64,000 nt of DNA, taken from positions 1 to 64,000 of the forward strand of contig NMRA01000695.1 of assembly GCA_002633005.1 (NCBI GenBank), given 5' to 3'. The position numbers and the translations under genes are program-made. Origin of the DNA: Phoronis australis. Taxonomy: Eukaryota > Animalia > Phoronida. Positions 12,696 through 25,800 of the stretch are shown one piece after another. Position 1 is the first letter of the stretch, and each line of letters starts with the position of its first letter. Below the pieces are notes generated by a model, which was given only the letters and a program-made list of their open reading frames with translations, had not been told where the DNA came from and did not search any database.

Positions 12696-14722
12696 CAGAC
12701 AAAACCAATGCCATCACCCCATCTAAGTGAGCAGTTCAGTGTTGTAATGGCAAATCTCCAAAGTGTGTTGCACCTTGCTGCAATCAACCTGTGCATCCCT
12801 CACTGAGGAGGAAGAAAACAGCAGTGACAGCTCTTCAGAACCTTTGTCTCAGGAGACTTCATACCAACCAGATAATGATAACATGGACAGTGAGAAAGAA
12901 GACAACTTTTCAATGGAAGATGAAGCGGTTGATAGTATCTTCAACAACTTTCAGTACTTGATGTTCGGTTCAGCATTGAAAGAATTGTTTGTTAAATGTA
13001 TTGTTGACGCCAATTGCTATACTCCGATTGTAGGGCTGGACGTTAAATATAAAGGAACTTTGTTGGTCATTCTGGCCACATGCATCAAGCACCACACTTA
13101 TGTGTGTAAAAGCCAGCCAGTGATCAGACAATCAGACATGGGGAACATCATAGGGGCAGGATCCGTGCTGTTTTCAGGGAACACATTCACTACAATATCA
13201 GAGATTGCGGAACCTAACATGATTTTGCATTTGAATGAACAGCTACAATTGAATGGAGTTTTTGTATTAACTCTTACCGTGTCTCAGTCAATGTGAAGTT
13301 TGTCGAAATAACCTCATTTTTACATTGAAGTTGGTGGTTTTAACCTGGTTTAAGATTTGGCTAAGCTAGTTTTTCTTGAACGACGTGGACTGTGATTTAC
13401 AGGTGGTCAAGTACATTGATATGGTGCTGGAGAACTGTTTTTCGACACAGGTATGTAACATTTCCGTATTGTACACACAAGATTACAACTATGTCTACTA
13501 CCAGACGAAGAAATGCAGTAATTCGTTTGAACAAACAGGTTAAAACATTTGAAACCTCAATTTCAACCTGCATAACAAAAGAAATTCACAATGAGTTGCT
13601 GGAATACTCCAGAATTTTGAAAGCACTGTCTTGCCAAGAAATGTGTATATTATTTAGAGCAGTCATTCAAAATCAATACATATTTTAAAAGTGATCACTG
13701 TCAGCAGAGTCAGACAAAACCAATGCCATCACCCCATCTAAGTGAGCAGTTCAGTGTTGTAATGGCAAATCTCCAAAGTGTGTTGCACCTTGCTGCAATC
13801 AACCTGTGCATCCCTCACTGAGGAGGAAGAAAACAGTAGTGACAGCTCTTCAGAACCTTTGTCTCAGGAGACTTCATACCAACCAGATAATGATAACATG
13901 GACAGTGAGAAAGAAGACAACTTTTCAATGGAAGATGAAGCGGTTGACAGTATCTTCAACAACTTTCAGTACTTGATGTTCGGTTCAGCATTGAAAGAAT
14001 TGTTTGTTAAATGTATTGTTGACGCCAATTGCTATACTCCGATTATAGGGCTGGACGTTAAATATAAAGGAACTTTGTTGGTCATTCTGGCCACATGCAT
14101 CAAGCACCACACTTATGTGTGTAAAAGCCAGCCAGTGATCAGACAATAAGACATGGGGAACATCATAGGGGCAGGATCCGTGCTGTTTTCAGGGAACACA
14201 TTCACTACAATATCAGAGATTGCGGAACCTAACATGATTTTACATTTGAATGAACAGCTACAATTGAATGGAGTTTTTGTATTAACTCTTACCGTGTCTC
14301 AGTCAATGTGAAGTTTGTCGAAATAACCTCATTTTTACATTGAAGTTGCTGGTTTTAACCTGGTTTAAGATTTGGCTAAGCTAGTTTTTCTTGAACGACG
14401 TGGACTGTGATTTACAGGTGGTCAAGTACATCGATATGGTGCTGGAGAACTGTTTTTCGACACAGGTATGTAACATTTCCGTATTGTACACACAAGATTA
14501 CAACTATGTCTACTACCAGACGAAGAAATGCAGTAATTCGTTTGAACAAACAGGTTAAAACATTTGAAACCTCAATTTCAACCTGCATAACAAAAGAAAT
14601 TCACAATGAGTTGCTGGAATACTCCAGAATTTTGAAAGCACTGTCTTGCCAAGAAATGTGTATATTTAGAACAGTCATTCAAAATCAATACATATTTTAG
14701 AAGTGATCACTGTCAGCAGAGT
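12696..14722 (+). repeat. Two tandem 1015-bp units (Kolobok-like module fused to part of module E)
   Basis: ORFs at 12763 and 13778, and at 13392 and 14407, are each 1015 bp apart and nearly identical. Confidence 0.9.
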
Positions 14723-15143
14723 CAATGCCAAGTATGATCAAATTCAAACATTGTGTCAAAGTTTCCCATGCACAAATACTATGTATTTGAACTTCCACAC
14801 TGAATCCGTAATCTTCGTCATAAAACACCACTTTAAAGGAAGCAAACTAATTGTGAAGACGGTTTCGCAAGAAGGACCCGTGAACATGTGTCCCTTCTTA
14901 CAAAGCTGGGTATCGGGAAAGCCCAAGAAAAGAATATAAGAAAAAAGCAGAACCGCTTCGCAATGCAGTAAAAATACATGACGTGTACTGAAAGAAATTT
15001 TTAACATCATTTTGATGCAGTTAATTACACCACTTCGTAATTTTCATGTTTAGGCAACAATAGGGGAGAGCGATCAATATTCAGTTTGATGAAGATTTTG
15101 CGGTTCAATTTAATTACCAGCAAATTAGGAATCACATTGTGAT

Positions 15144-15722
15144 TAGTCGAAGTGCTCTGCAATCTATGTGAAAATTAGACAGCACACTATAACTTATCTT
15201 TTATTAGGTTCCTCCCATTCATACCTTTGCAAAACAGATCTACTCATGTGGCATACAAGACCAGCAACCGAGAAAACAACTGCTTTTATAACAGTATAAG
15301 TTTGATATAGTATAGGAGAGACACAGAGGCGAAATTCATGAGACTGGTCACCACCTTGAGAAGAGTTCTGTCACTTGACAGCGTGATCAAGCAGGTAAAT
15401 ATTGCACCATAAAAACAAAAAGACTGAATAAGTCGAAGTGCTCTGCTATCTTTGTGAAAATTAGGCAGCACACTATAATTTTTAGTTTTTATTAGGTTCC
15501 TCCCATTCATACCTTTGCAAAACAGATCTACTCATGTGGCATACAAGACCAGCAACCATGAAAACAACTGCTTTTACAATAGCTTAAGTTTGATATAGTA
15601 TGGGAGAGACACAGAGGCGAAATTCATGAGACTGGTTACCACCTTGAGAAGAGTTATGTCACTTGATAGCATGATCAAGTAGGTAAAATATTACACCATC
15701 AAAAAACAAAAAGACTGAATAA
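15144..15722 (+). repeat. Second array (2 units) of the ~288-bp OTU-exon repeat
   Basis: Units start at ~15144 and ~15431, with the same NCFYNS-encoding sequence and CAG|gtaaa donor. Confidence 0.8.
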
Positions 15723-18700
15723 GTTGTGTAAGAAAATACTAAAATGAGTATGAATTATAAGTTCATTAATAGAATGTGTTAATCATAAGAAATAGAAAAT
15801 TGCTATATAGAATTTACTTCTATGTTAATTAAACCAAGTCAACACTTCTCCACTGGTAAGGGTTTATCCATTCATTGTGAGGCTGCTCTGCAAGCATGGG
15901 TAAACCTTTTATGCTTTTGTCTTATTGAACATGTATGGTACACATATTCAAGATCCATTCACTCTGGATACTTAATACAATGATTCTTTCCAAAGGTGTC
16001 CACACTACAACTATATGACATTCACACACCTTGAGGTTCATACTGACTACCAATGTTGAAATCCCTTTTGATATGCATCAACTTAGAGCTCTCAATAATT
16101 TTCTCTGAAGCACAAGTCTAGATCTGTAATCTGTTTTCTCAAATTAGGGACCAATTTTAATAAACAAACTTAACTCCATATTTTTTAATTCAAGGATATG
16201 TCACAGCCTAAGATGGTTTTGCACTTGAATGAACAGATAAAATTGACTTGAGTTTTTGTCTTAACTCTTTCCTCCTCTCAATCAGTTTGAAGTTTGTCGA
16301 AATAACCTTATTTTCCCATTGAAGTAGCTGGTTTTAGCCCAGTATAAGACTTGGCTAAGCTAGTTTTCCTTGAACGGTCCCATCTTTCTCATCATGTGAA
16401 TTGTATGATGTTACTTACAAAACTGGTTGTGCCTGTTGAGTTCTTATAACTCGTTTAGCATAGTACGGAAGTGGTGTGTCATACTTTCTATGAACGATCA
16501 TGGTAATTGAAGGACATTTTAAAAGTTCCATCAAATATGTTAATAACAAGAGCAAACAATTTAGAGACAGTTGAAATGCTTCTCAACAAATGTGCATTTA
16601 AAAAGAAAATGCTTGCATCAATTTCATTACCACCACTACTTGAAGAATAAGGATACGGTTTCAACAAAATTTTACAACTATTTTTGAGGACTTCAAGACT
16701 GTTTTAAGAGAAATCATGATCATAACAATATGTTCCAGTAAATTTGTTGAAGGTCACCAAATTGCTAGCTGGAATGAGTAAAAAAGAAGTGTTGTCATTC
16801 TTTTCCAAGGACATGATGCCGTGGATTCAAAATTTCCAGGTACTTTTAAAAGACGTGGACTGTGATTCGCATGTAGTCAAATATGTCGATATGGTGATGG
16901 ACAACTGTTCTCCGGCACAGGTATGTAACATTTCCGAATTGTACATTACAGATTACTAAATAATGCCTACTACCAGACAAGAAATCTAATAATTCCTTTG
17001 AACCAACAGGTTAAAACATTTGAAACCTCAATTTCAACCTATATAACAAAAGAAATTGACAATGAGTTGGTGGACTACTCCAGAAGATAGGGTAGAAAGC
17101 ATTGTCCTGCCAAGAAAGGTGTATATTTCAAACAGTTATTCTCATACTTTACCAGTGGTCGCAGTCAGCAGAGTGGATGCTAAATATCATCGAATTCATG
17201 CATTGTGTCAAAGTTTCCCATGCAAAATGCTGTGTATTTGAACTTCCAAACTGAATACTTGGTAATCTTCGTCATAAAACACCACTTTACGGGAAGCAAT
17301 ACTTACGAAGATGCTTTCACAATAAGGACCCGTGGACTTGTGTCCCTTGTGACAAAGCTTGGTGTTGGCGTAAATCCAAGAAGAGGACATAAGAAAAGAA
17401 GCAGAACTGCTTCACGACGTAGCCGAATACATGAAAGTACATACTCCAGGCAGTACAAATACATGCCGTGCACTGGCTGTGAAGCAAAACCTGTTTCCTC
17501 CGTGACATGTGGATGTCATCACATCAGGTGAGCCAGAACTCATAGTGCAATAAAGTCCATGTGTCACAATCTTCAGATATGGAGACTGAACTAACAAATT
17601 GGAACTAAGTGGGATAATCATTATTTTTCAAATACCCTGTATGAATACAAATCAGTCACTGTTGTTCACTTCAAGAACTAAAATTATATAATATGGAGAT
17701 ATGACCTGCTGTATTATGAAGATGCGGCATTTTAGAATCAGGCCTATTTAATTAACTAGTACATAATATCGTATTTCCAGCAATTGACATCCGAACTTAA
17801 CAGAATAATGAAGTGCTTGGCAAAAGTAATTAAGCATTATTAAATATGGCTTAATTCTTTCAGGGTTCATGGAGGAGCCAGTATTTGCAACCTTTTGCAA
17901 GAAAACCCTGGCGTGCCGTATGTTTGTGCAGAAGAATGGAAAGGCGATGCTGGATGAGAGACACTGCATGCTGTGAAGAGGACGGGGAGTATGTACCAGT
18001 TGTTGGCCTCAGGTAAGTCTGAAACACGCTGAGGCCCCTGATGACCGCCATCGTCGACTGCCTACCGGCAAGTGAATGTCTTGGCAGAAGTTTGAAAATT
18101 TTTGTAAATACCGTTTATACAACAAATGATGTTGAGTGTATTCCAGATAGATTGGTGCAACATTGTTCACTACAAAGACATGTTTTTTAGTTCATTTTTG
18201 GTGTGAAGAGAAACTCTTTTTCACAGACTGATAGTATGTTTACCAGCACTTTGCAGACGAATTATCGTCTTATAGTTATTTAGTTTGTACATTTTTGCAA
18301 ATACCATAGTAAAAACAAGTATGTTTAGCAGTACTTTACTGAACAGGAATGGTATTGTGAAATCAAGAGACACGCTAATGTTGCAGCATCAAACAATCTT
18401 AGAACATGCAGTTAGCCTCATCTTAAGGACCATTCATACCTAATGTGTTCACAAACTAAGCTTGCAGATGACTCACATCAAAATACGTATGGGAAAGGGA
18501 AAAATAAAGCACTGAAGAAATATGAACGCGTTCCAAAATAATACGAGATTTTCAGTCTCAAAATTTTTTTTTGATCAATTCAATTGAAAGTGGGTGCAAT
18601 AGATAGCCTTTTTAGTTGTGATGTCATTTCAACATTTACTTTGGTAAAATGAGCTTTTAATTAGCTCACATTTGAAAACTCACGTTCTATGTGACAAATG

Positions 18701-19785
18701 ACATTTCTCATATGGAACATTACATTCTCACATGTGACAGTTGAATGTTCCATGGGAGATTTTTTCAGTTGTGCCATGTTACAAATAGAAATGGTACATG
18801 GCAAAAACACTATATTTTTGACATGGGTTTTTCATAGCACAACGATATAATGAATTTTAGGAGAAATTTTTGCATTTAGCCAATAAAAATGATCGTTTTA
18901 CAAATTGGTTGAATGTTTAAACACTAAAGTGCGATGCCTAATTATCAATAAGATAATGTTTAGACAACTTTGGTCAATGATAACCAAATTATCAACAAAT
19001 GGCTTAAATAGTCAACAAAATTTTTTCACATTTTTGCTTTATTTTCGTAATAACTATTAACTTGCGCTAGTCAATTTGCACTAAAAATGTTTCTTTTCAT
19101 GCACAAAAATGGTGACATCAAAACATTTTGATCATAGATTCTAAACTGCTTCAGGCAAAATTGTGAAATTATAAGATGAAATTATGCAAAAGAGATGAGT
19201 GTAATTGGAATTTTCTGTAGTTTCAGTTACAGGCATCACTTCGTATGAAATGTTGCACCAATTACACTGGTCTGTTTCAAATAATTCAAAATTTTAAAAA
19301 AGTCACATGTGAGGGATTGAATGAAACAATCCATGGCACTTTTAATTTTAGAACATTACATCCTTCGACCCTTTCGAGATCATCCATTTATTGATCACGA
19401 ATGTTACATTCATGACATTGGTCACAATTTTGAATACTTCTATTCTAAGTGTTATCAATTCTTAATATAATGAAGATTTTGGATAACTGTCTGGAACAAC
19501 TTTTGTCATAAATTATAAATTATAGGACGTAGTGTACCAATTAAAACTATCTATTTAATATATTTTCATTTTTATAAGTAACATGATGGATTTTGGAAAA
19601 CAGTTTACCGTCTAGAACAATCTCTTCAACATATTTTTTTCTTTATTCAAAAATGTCACCTATTAACTTCCTTAAATTATTCCACGGCATTTTAAATCTT
19701 TCAATATAGAAGATCATTCATCAACATCTAGGTTACCCATTTAATAATCTCAACTGTCATATTAAGGGTATTAACACTCCCATTT

Positions 19786-20582
19786 ATGCCTTACATTGAG
19801 AGGAACATCATGGAAGACGTTGTGACTCAAAAGTCAACAGAAGCAACCCCAGAGGTTGTGAACACTAAAGCTGCTCGCTTGTATCCAGCCGATGCCCTGC
19901 AAGACTTGCAATCATGCGTATCCGCACAGAATGGTAGCTGCTTATACAATGCTGTATCCTTTGCCATTTCTGACACAGAACAGATAGCCACTGAGTTGAG
20001 GGTTCGGACCACAATGGACTTGGTAGAGAACCTCCAATATTTTACGCAAGGAAGATTTTTATCGAGAAATGTCACGCCCAATGATCTATTGAAGCTGGTC
20101 GATTTCAAATCGTTTGATGCACATAAGAAGGACCAGTGGGAAGAAACTTTAAAGAATCACATTCTGAATAGCTGTGGAAATGGCTATTACTCCAGCATTT
20201 TCCATTTGGCTGCCCTTTCAAATGTTCTGAACTGTGAGATTAGGTCCATCTATCCAGATGAAAATGAATTGATTAGAAGCATCATGAACTGCATCGTGAC
20301 ACCGGAGTTTTCAGGTGGACCGCCAGCCTGCAGTTTCACAATCTTGTTGATGTGGTGTGGAAAGGAAGTGACACCAACAATGTGCTCTATCAATCACATT
20401 GTACCGTGTATGGGTAAGTTCACCATTTTTAATGTTTTAATATGGAACACAGCGTTTGCACATGTTGCTAAAATATATTAAGCCACACTTCATCTGACAA
20501 ATTTCTTGTTTTTTCCATAGACTATCAGCTGCAACAAAATGATGCTTTGTATATAGCTACCAGTGGACAAAACTTTGAATGA
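19786..20582 (+). CDS. Vertnin-like OTU-domain cysteine protease (exons 19786-20413 and 20521-20582)
   Basis: ARLYPAD..NGSCLYNAVS..ELRVRT..; SSIFHLAALSNVLNCEIRSIYP..IRSIMN; LMWC..NHIVP align with the vertnin N-terminal OTU-like domain. Donor G|gtaagt at 20414 and acceptor ttttccatag at 20520 give the in-frame tail DYQLQQNDALYIATSGQNFE*. Confidence 0.8.
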
Positions 20583-21416
20583 TTGCAATCATAACAATGA
20601 TAGAAACCATTGCAGAATAAAATGTTGGTATGATTTTTGTCCGAAATTGTTGAGATTTTACCATGTATATTTTCATTCTTATGCAGCTCCGATTAAGTTG
20701 TCAAACATTCAGTTCCTTTTGATAGAGACAGACTTTCATATTGCTTTGATCATGAACTTCCAGCTGAAAGAAACCCACCACTTATCAGGACACATAGCAG
20801 AGGAAGAACTTTTTGGACAAAAAGTCACTTTGCAAAATGAACTACGAAACTTGGGTTGCATATTTCTGCAAAACTAAGATAAATGCATTTTTAGAATCAC
20901 AAGTTGAATGTGTACTATTCACGTTAACTTTGCAATTCACAATTTTTTATTGTTTATTTTCAGAAAAAGTACAACTATAGTTCTCTACAATATTGTCGTC
21001 ATTAATCACATTTTCTGTCTTATGGCCTTATACATAATCTATGCTTATGTTGTACTGTTAACTAGCTTAAGGAGTGCTTCGCAGGTAGTTCATATTTTAC
21101 AGACTGATCCTCATACAGAGCATTCTAGGAATATGATTGGCAGCTCTTTACATTATTCACAAAAAGCAAATTGCATTGGAACAATCCTCTTAGAATCTTT
21201 CAACATTTGTTCATATGCTCTGCCTAAGTCATTATCCTATACATTTTTGGAGTTTGAAACCTAACATTGTATAATGCTAAAGGTTATCTCAAACCTTATT
21301 TAGTGGCCTACATTCTAACTTGTATTTTAAAAAACTAGGGTTTGTCAACAACCGAAAGTATATATTTTCTGAAAGAAAAAAGGTCAGGGAAAATAAAATG
21401 TTATATTTATGTACCA

Positions 21417-21419
<3 letters not shown>

Positions 21420-21447
<28 letters not shown>
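21420..21447. repeat. (TTA)n microsatellite
   Basis: About nine perfect TAT/TTA units. Confidence 0.9.
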
Positions 21448-23331
21448 AAATACATTACCATCTTTTAAAGTCTAAATTTCATTTAAAGAAAGGTACATTC
21501 TTAGCAAAATAATCCCTCAGTCAATTTTAATGAAACCTTTTTAAATAAAAACTTTGCCAGTTACCTCAAAAACACTTAGAGACATTTTTTATCAGTACTT
21601 GTTTGTTTTTTTTTGGTAAATAAACTTTGAAAATGTAAAATATTTTTGTAGCATTCGTTAAACTTTTGTAATTAATGCCCTGCATACTTAAATTTGTATG
21701 TGTTATGACATTGAAAAAATAAATTCATTTATCACTTATGTATTAATGTATAATTTGTATTCCCTCCGTTATATGTGCTTTCATCTATTTCATCCATATG
21801 CTGTATTCAGTAGGGAAACACTCCTAAGGAAACATAGTCAATATCAATATAATTATGAAAGATGTTCCAAACTATTATCCAAATCTTCATTTAATTAAAA
21901 GCAGATCAGCAAAAACACTGAAAATGTGTGAAGGTACTGGCTCTCCAGTCATCTAGTATTAATAGGTCATCTAAGAGTGCCATGGAGTAATATCCAGAAA
22001 AACTCAAATGGAACATTTTTGAACTAAAAGGATTCAAAAGAGATGAATGCAATTGATACAATGTGCACCCTCACATAATTTAACAGTTTATCAATTACAC
22101 TCTGCTTTAAACATTTTGATGTTGCTTTCACCTGGATGGCAACCGTCCAAACGGTGTACATGTACATCATACCAGTCAATAAGCATGCACTGATCATTAG
22201 GGCACTCGATAAAGTCAGGTTTGCACAATTAATAAAAATCATCAAAACTGGGATCAATGTCTTAAATGTATCATTCATGGCAAACAAATGGATGATCTTG
22301 GAGGCGTTAAAGGGTCTCTAATGCTCTAAAGTAAAAAATGCCATGGAATGTTTTATTAAATTCGTCATAATTATGTAACTTTTTTATGATAAAAATATTT
22401 GAGAAAGACCAGAGCAATTCTTGCAATGTGTTATCAGAAGTGGAGCTTCTCACTTAAATTGCATACTATTCCAATCACACTCACCTGTTTTATATACTGT
22501 TATCTTAATTTCACAATACTGCCTGAAGCAGTTTAGAATACAGTTTACATTTTTTTGATGTCATCAATTTTGTGCAAGTTCCCATAAAATAAATATTTTT
22601 CCTCAAGATTAATTAATCAACCATCATTACAATAGTTGAGTAAAAAATGTCTGACATGATTGTGGTTGATGTTTTGGTTATCAGTTACCAAAGTGTTCTA
22701 TTGATACTTAGTTATCACAATTAAAGTATTTAAAGCCTAACTTCAACAGAATTTTGTTACTTTAGATGTATTAGGCTAACCAGAAAGTCCTCACAAAGTT
22801 AGTAAAATAAGAAAATGCGACTTCAATCATGCAAGTGTGAGCCCATCGAATGATAAGTGAAGCTGCCTTTTCGTGCCATGTTGCGTTACCGCGAGATCCC
22901 AGCACAGACAACGACAAAAGGTTGTATTGAATAGGGATCTGAATAGAACACCATTGCGTGCGGGTGTTATTCGAGCTGTTTGAATTAACAGGTGATTCTT
23001 GCAGTGACATAGACAAAAGCGAGCCACTACGCCTAACAGTTCTTTACATTTGGCAATTTATGGCACTAGTGGGTTCAGAGCGATGCTCTTAACATGCAGG
23101 AACCAAATTTACATGTGTTACCATTGAAGATAGCTTTAAAACATATCAATAGTCATGTGAAACAATAAATTTCTATTAACAACTGTCGCTAACATCATTT
23201 AATTCTTTTTAAAGTTATTATTTATGAAAAGCCCATGTCACAAATATAGTGTTTGTGCCATGTACCATTTCTATTTGTAACATGGCACAACTGAAAAAAT
23301 CTCCCATGGAACATTCAAATGTCACATGTGA

Positions 23332-24843
23332 CAAATCAAGAGGCGGTTTCCAGACACTGACACAATCCAGCACTTCAGCATTTTCACGAACAAGAATTTG
23401 CCAGGAAACTCGCTGCATCAGCTGAGCAATTATGGCTCTGTGGAACTGGAGGTAAAGAATACCTAAAAAGTTATTTGCTAGGATATATACTTTCATACAC
23501 TGTTTCGATTAAGTGGCTTCCTGACCTGTGTTTAAGGTGAAACTTAACTTTGGCAGTAACAAAGCATTCTTCTTTACAGGCACTGTTACACCAATGTTTC
23601 GTTGAGAGTTTGTATTATTTTAAGTTTACCAGTTCTGCCCTCTGTTGTTTATTTTATGTTTCAGCTTGGCTACGCCACATTTATTGTTTTAGTATAACCT
23701 ATGTCTTAGCCAGGACGAAATTTACAGCTACCCTGAGCTTTTCTCACTCGATTCTTGTAGAGGATGGATGTGTTTCAGTTACCTGCCAGTTTTTTAGTTG
23801 AAATATATGTCACAGCGTTCAAGAAAGTAAGATTTTTTTGTTGGCTTATTAGTTGTATTGCAGTGTAGGTAATATTGTAATTTCTGACTTTTCTTATATT
23901 TAAAATAGGGGTAATTCTTTGGCAATGAAGGTTCTCGTTTCAGAGACACGTGTTTTCAGAGGTGTAGTTTATATTTCTTTCGACAGTTGGCGCTCTTAGC
24001 AGTACGTTTATTTCCGTTCACTGTGTGGCGCTGTGGTTTGTTTATTTACATCCGGTTTTTGATTAGCGGGTTAGTGGCTTTGATATATGAGTTTGAATTG
24101 TACTTAGGGTTTTCATGACAGGTTTTGGATATTACTTACTTACTTCCTTACGTTGGTCTATTTGCTGTGTCATGCAGAGATTATTATTTCTTGTATTTAT
24201 GGTGATTTTTGAACTTCTTCTTCTAGACTTATACTGATGTCTGATGTAAAAATAAAGTTCCAATTTAAACGCTGCTGCTGTTTTTTCACCCTGTGCGTGA
24301 GCCAACCAATGTAGGTCAATCATTAACTATGATGAGGGTCTATGGAGTTCGAGTCTCTAAAAAGCTTGTTCCTTAGGTGGGAACAACTGGGAGTGACGGA
24401 GTGTCTGGAAAAATTTGCTGCTATGCCGTCCATTTCGCCTAACCTGGCAAAACTGGCAACTGTTGGTATACTTATTCCATCATCAACTGCAGGTAAAACA
24501 AATGTTGGGTCATACATACTGAAGTTCTGCACATGAATCAAAGACTGCTACTGCTTGGATAACGTTTTTGGGTGCTAATATTTCTATCTGAAATTACATT
24601 TTGTGGCCAAAGTTTTGTTATCAGTAAATTTAAATGTCTTTTATTTTGGTTTGTGTTTTAGATTGTGAGCGAGGCTTCAGTTGTCTGAAGCGCATTAAAT
24701 CAGAACTCAGAAACCGCTTAACAGAGGATAGTGTGAGACATCTGGTGGTTGTGTCCTTACATGGAAAAGAGGCCTGCGACTTCGACTTCAACAGAGCTAT
24801 CGAGGGGTGGAAAAGTCTTAGAAACAGACATATAAACTTATAA
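23332..24843 (+). pseudogene. Intron-containing hAT transposase (ZNF862-like) 3' remnant
   Basis: Exon 23332-23451 reads QIKRRFPDTDTIQHFSIF..LP...LSNYGSVELE. Exon ending 24492 reads ..PNLAKLATVGILIPSSTA. Exon 24662-24843 reads DCERGFSCLKRIKSELRNRL (hAT dimerisation domain). GT-AG junction 24493-24661 is in frame. Confidence 0.85.
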
Positions 24844-25433
24844 AATGGTCTTTCACATCCATTGTATGCTTGTATATAAGAAACTTTGTACATAAGTAAC
24901 TCATTGTATGTTGGCACTTTGTTATAAATAAAAAAACAAACAAATGCATGGGTTAACTCGAAATGGAGATGCTGTTCATCACTTGGCAATCTGTAGTGCT
25001 GGTGGGTGGAATTGATATAAAACAATGCACCATAACTGGAACATCAGGAAAGGCCAACATTGGCGCACTGCTTTGCCTTGATGGCCAAGTAAGGCAATAA
25101 GGTACTTTAAGGCAGGAATGCAGTCCTCAGAACACATTTTTGTCAACAAATTGTTTACTTTGGAGCCTTGTTATTATTTTCAAAAACCCAGAATCCATTT
25201 CTACCAAAATGCATGAAAAATAGTTCAAAAGCATAGCTTATCAACCCTATGATTTGTTTACAGCCCCTAGCAACGTCCTTTTACATTGGATACCAAGATT
25301 TGTATTATATTTATCAAAGGAAAAATCATTCTCAGTAATTTTCAGATCCCTGGACTGGGCTCAGGGAAATGGATTAATCACAGTCAGCAACCATACCACT
25401 TCCTTACTTCCTTGCATTGAAGTAGCTTTCTGT

Positions 25434-25800
25434 GTTACAACAGGGTGACATTATTCAATGAAACCATTCACTCAAGGCATTGTCAAATGGCCTCAAGCTG
25501 CCGTCACAAAGAAGCTCAGTAACCTATCATATATAGTAGCTATGCAATCAGGTCAAAACCTTCACAGAAACAGAGAGCACATCAAGCCTATGAAAGAAAA
25601 GGCGATGTCCGAAACAGGAAAAGCTCTAGGTGATAGTGGTTCAGTTGTGCCCGAGTGCCCTCGCAGATCTACTAGAGTCCAGCATCAGCCACAGTACTTG
25701 AAGGATTATGTTTAAGGAAATGGACTGGACATTCATCAGTATTATGGACTCTAAGTTCCCGTTAACATTTTAGTTTTGTGTTTTACTTTGAGAAGAAAGG
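25434..25800 (+). mobile_element. Gypsy pol C-terminal remnant with polypurine tract
   Basis: W..A.V...L...SY.V....G..L.RNR.H and RRSTR....PQYLKDYV* are typical post-integrase tail motifs. Purine run GAGAAGAAAGG at 25790-25800. Confidence 0.7.

Larger units (their letters stand above)
3850..17545. repeat. Complex mosaic segmental repeat of shuffled modules (decayed mobile-element derived)
   Basis: Block 3850-7000 recurs at ~9477-12695 (offset ~5.6-5.7 kb). A 1015-bp unit is tandem at 12696-13710 and 13711-14722. Modules recur in different orders and a more diverged copy lies at 15843-17545. The ORF track shows repeated near-identical peptides. Confidence 0.9.
18728..23331. mobile_element. 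4.6-kb element with long terminal inverted repeats carrying a vertnin-like OTU gene
   Basis: 18728-18836 is the reverse complement of 23223-23331 (109 bp, 4 mismatches by eye). Diverged inverted similarity continues inward (~19100-19440 vs ~22230-22580). Both ends carry TCACATGTGA. Confidence 0.8.
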
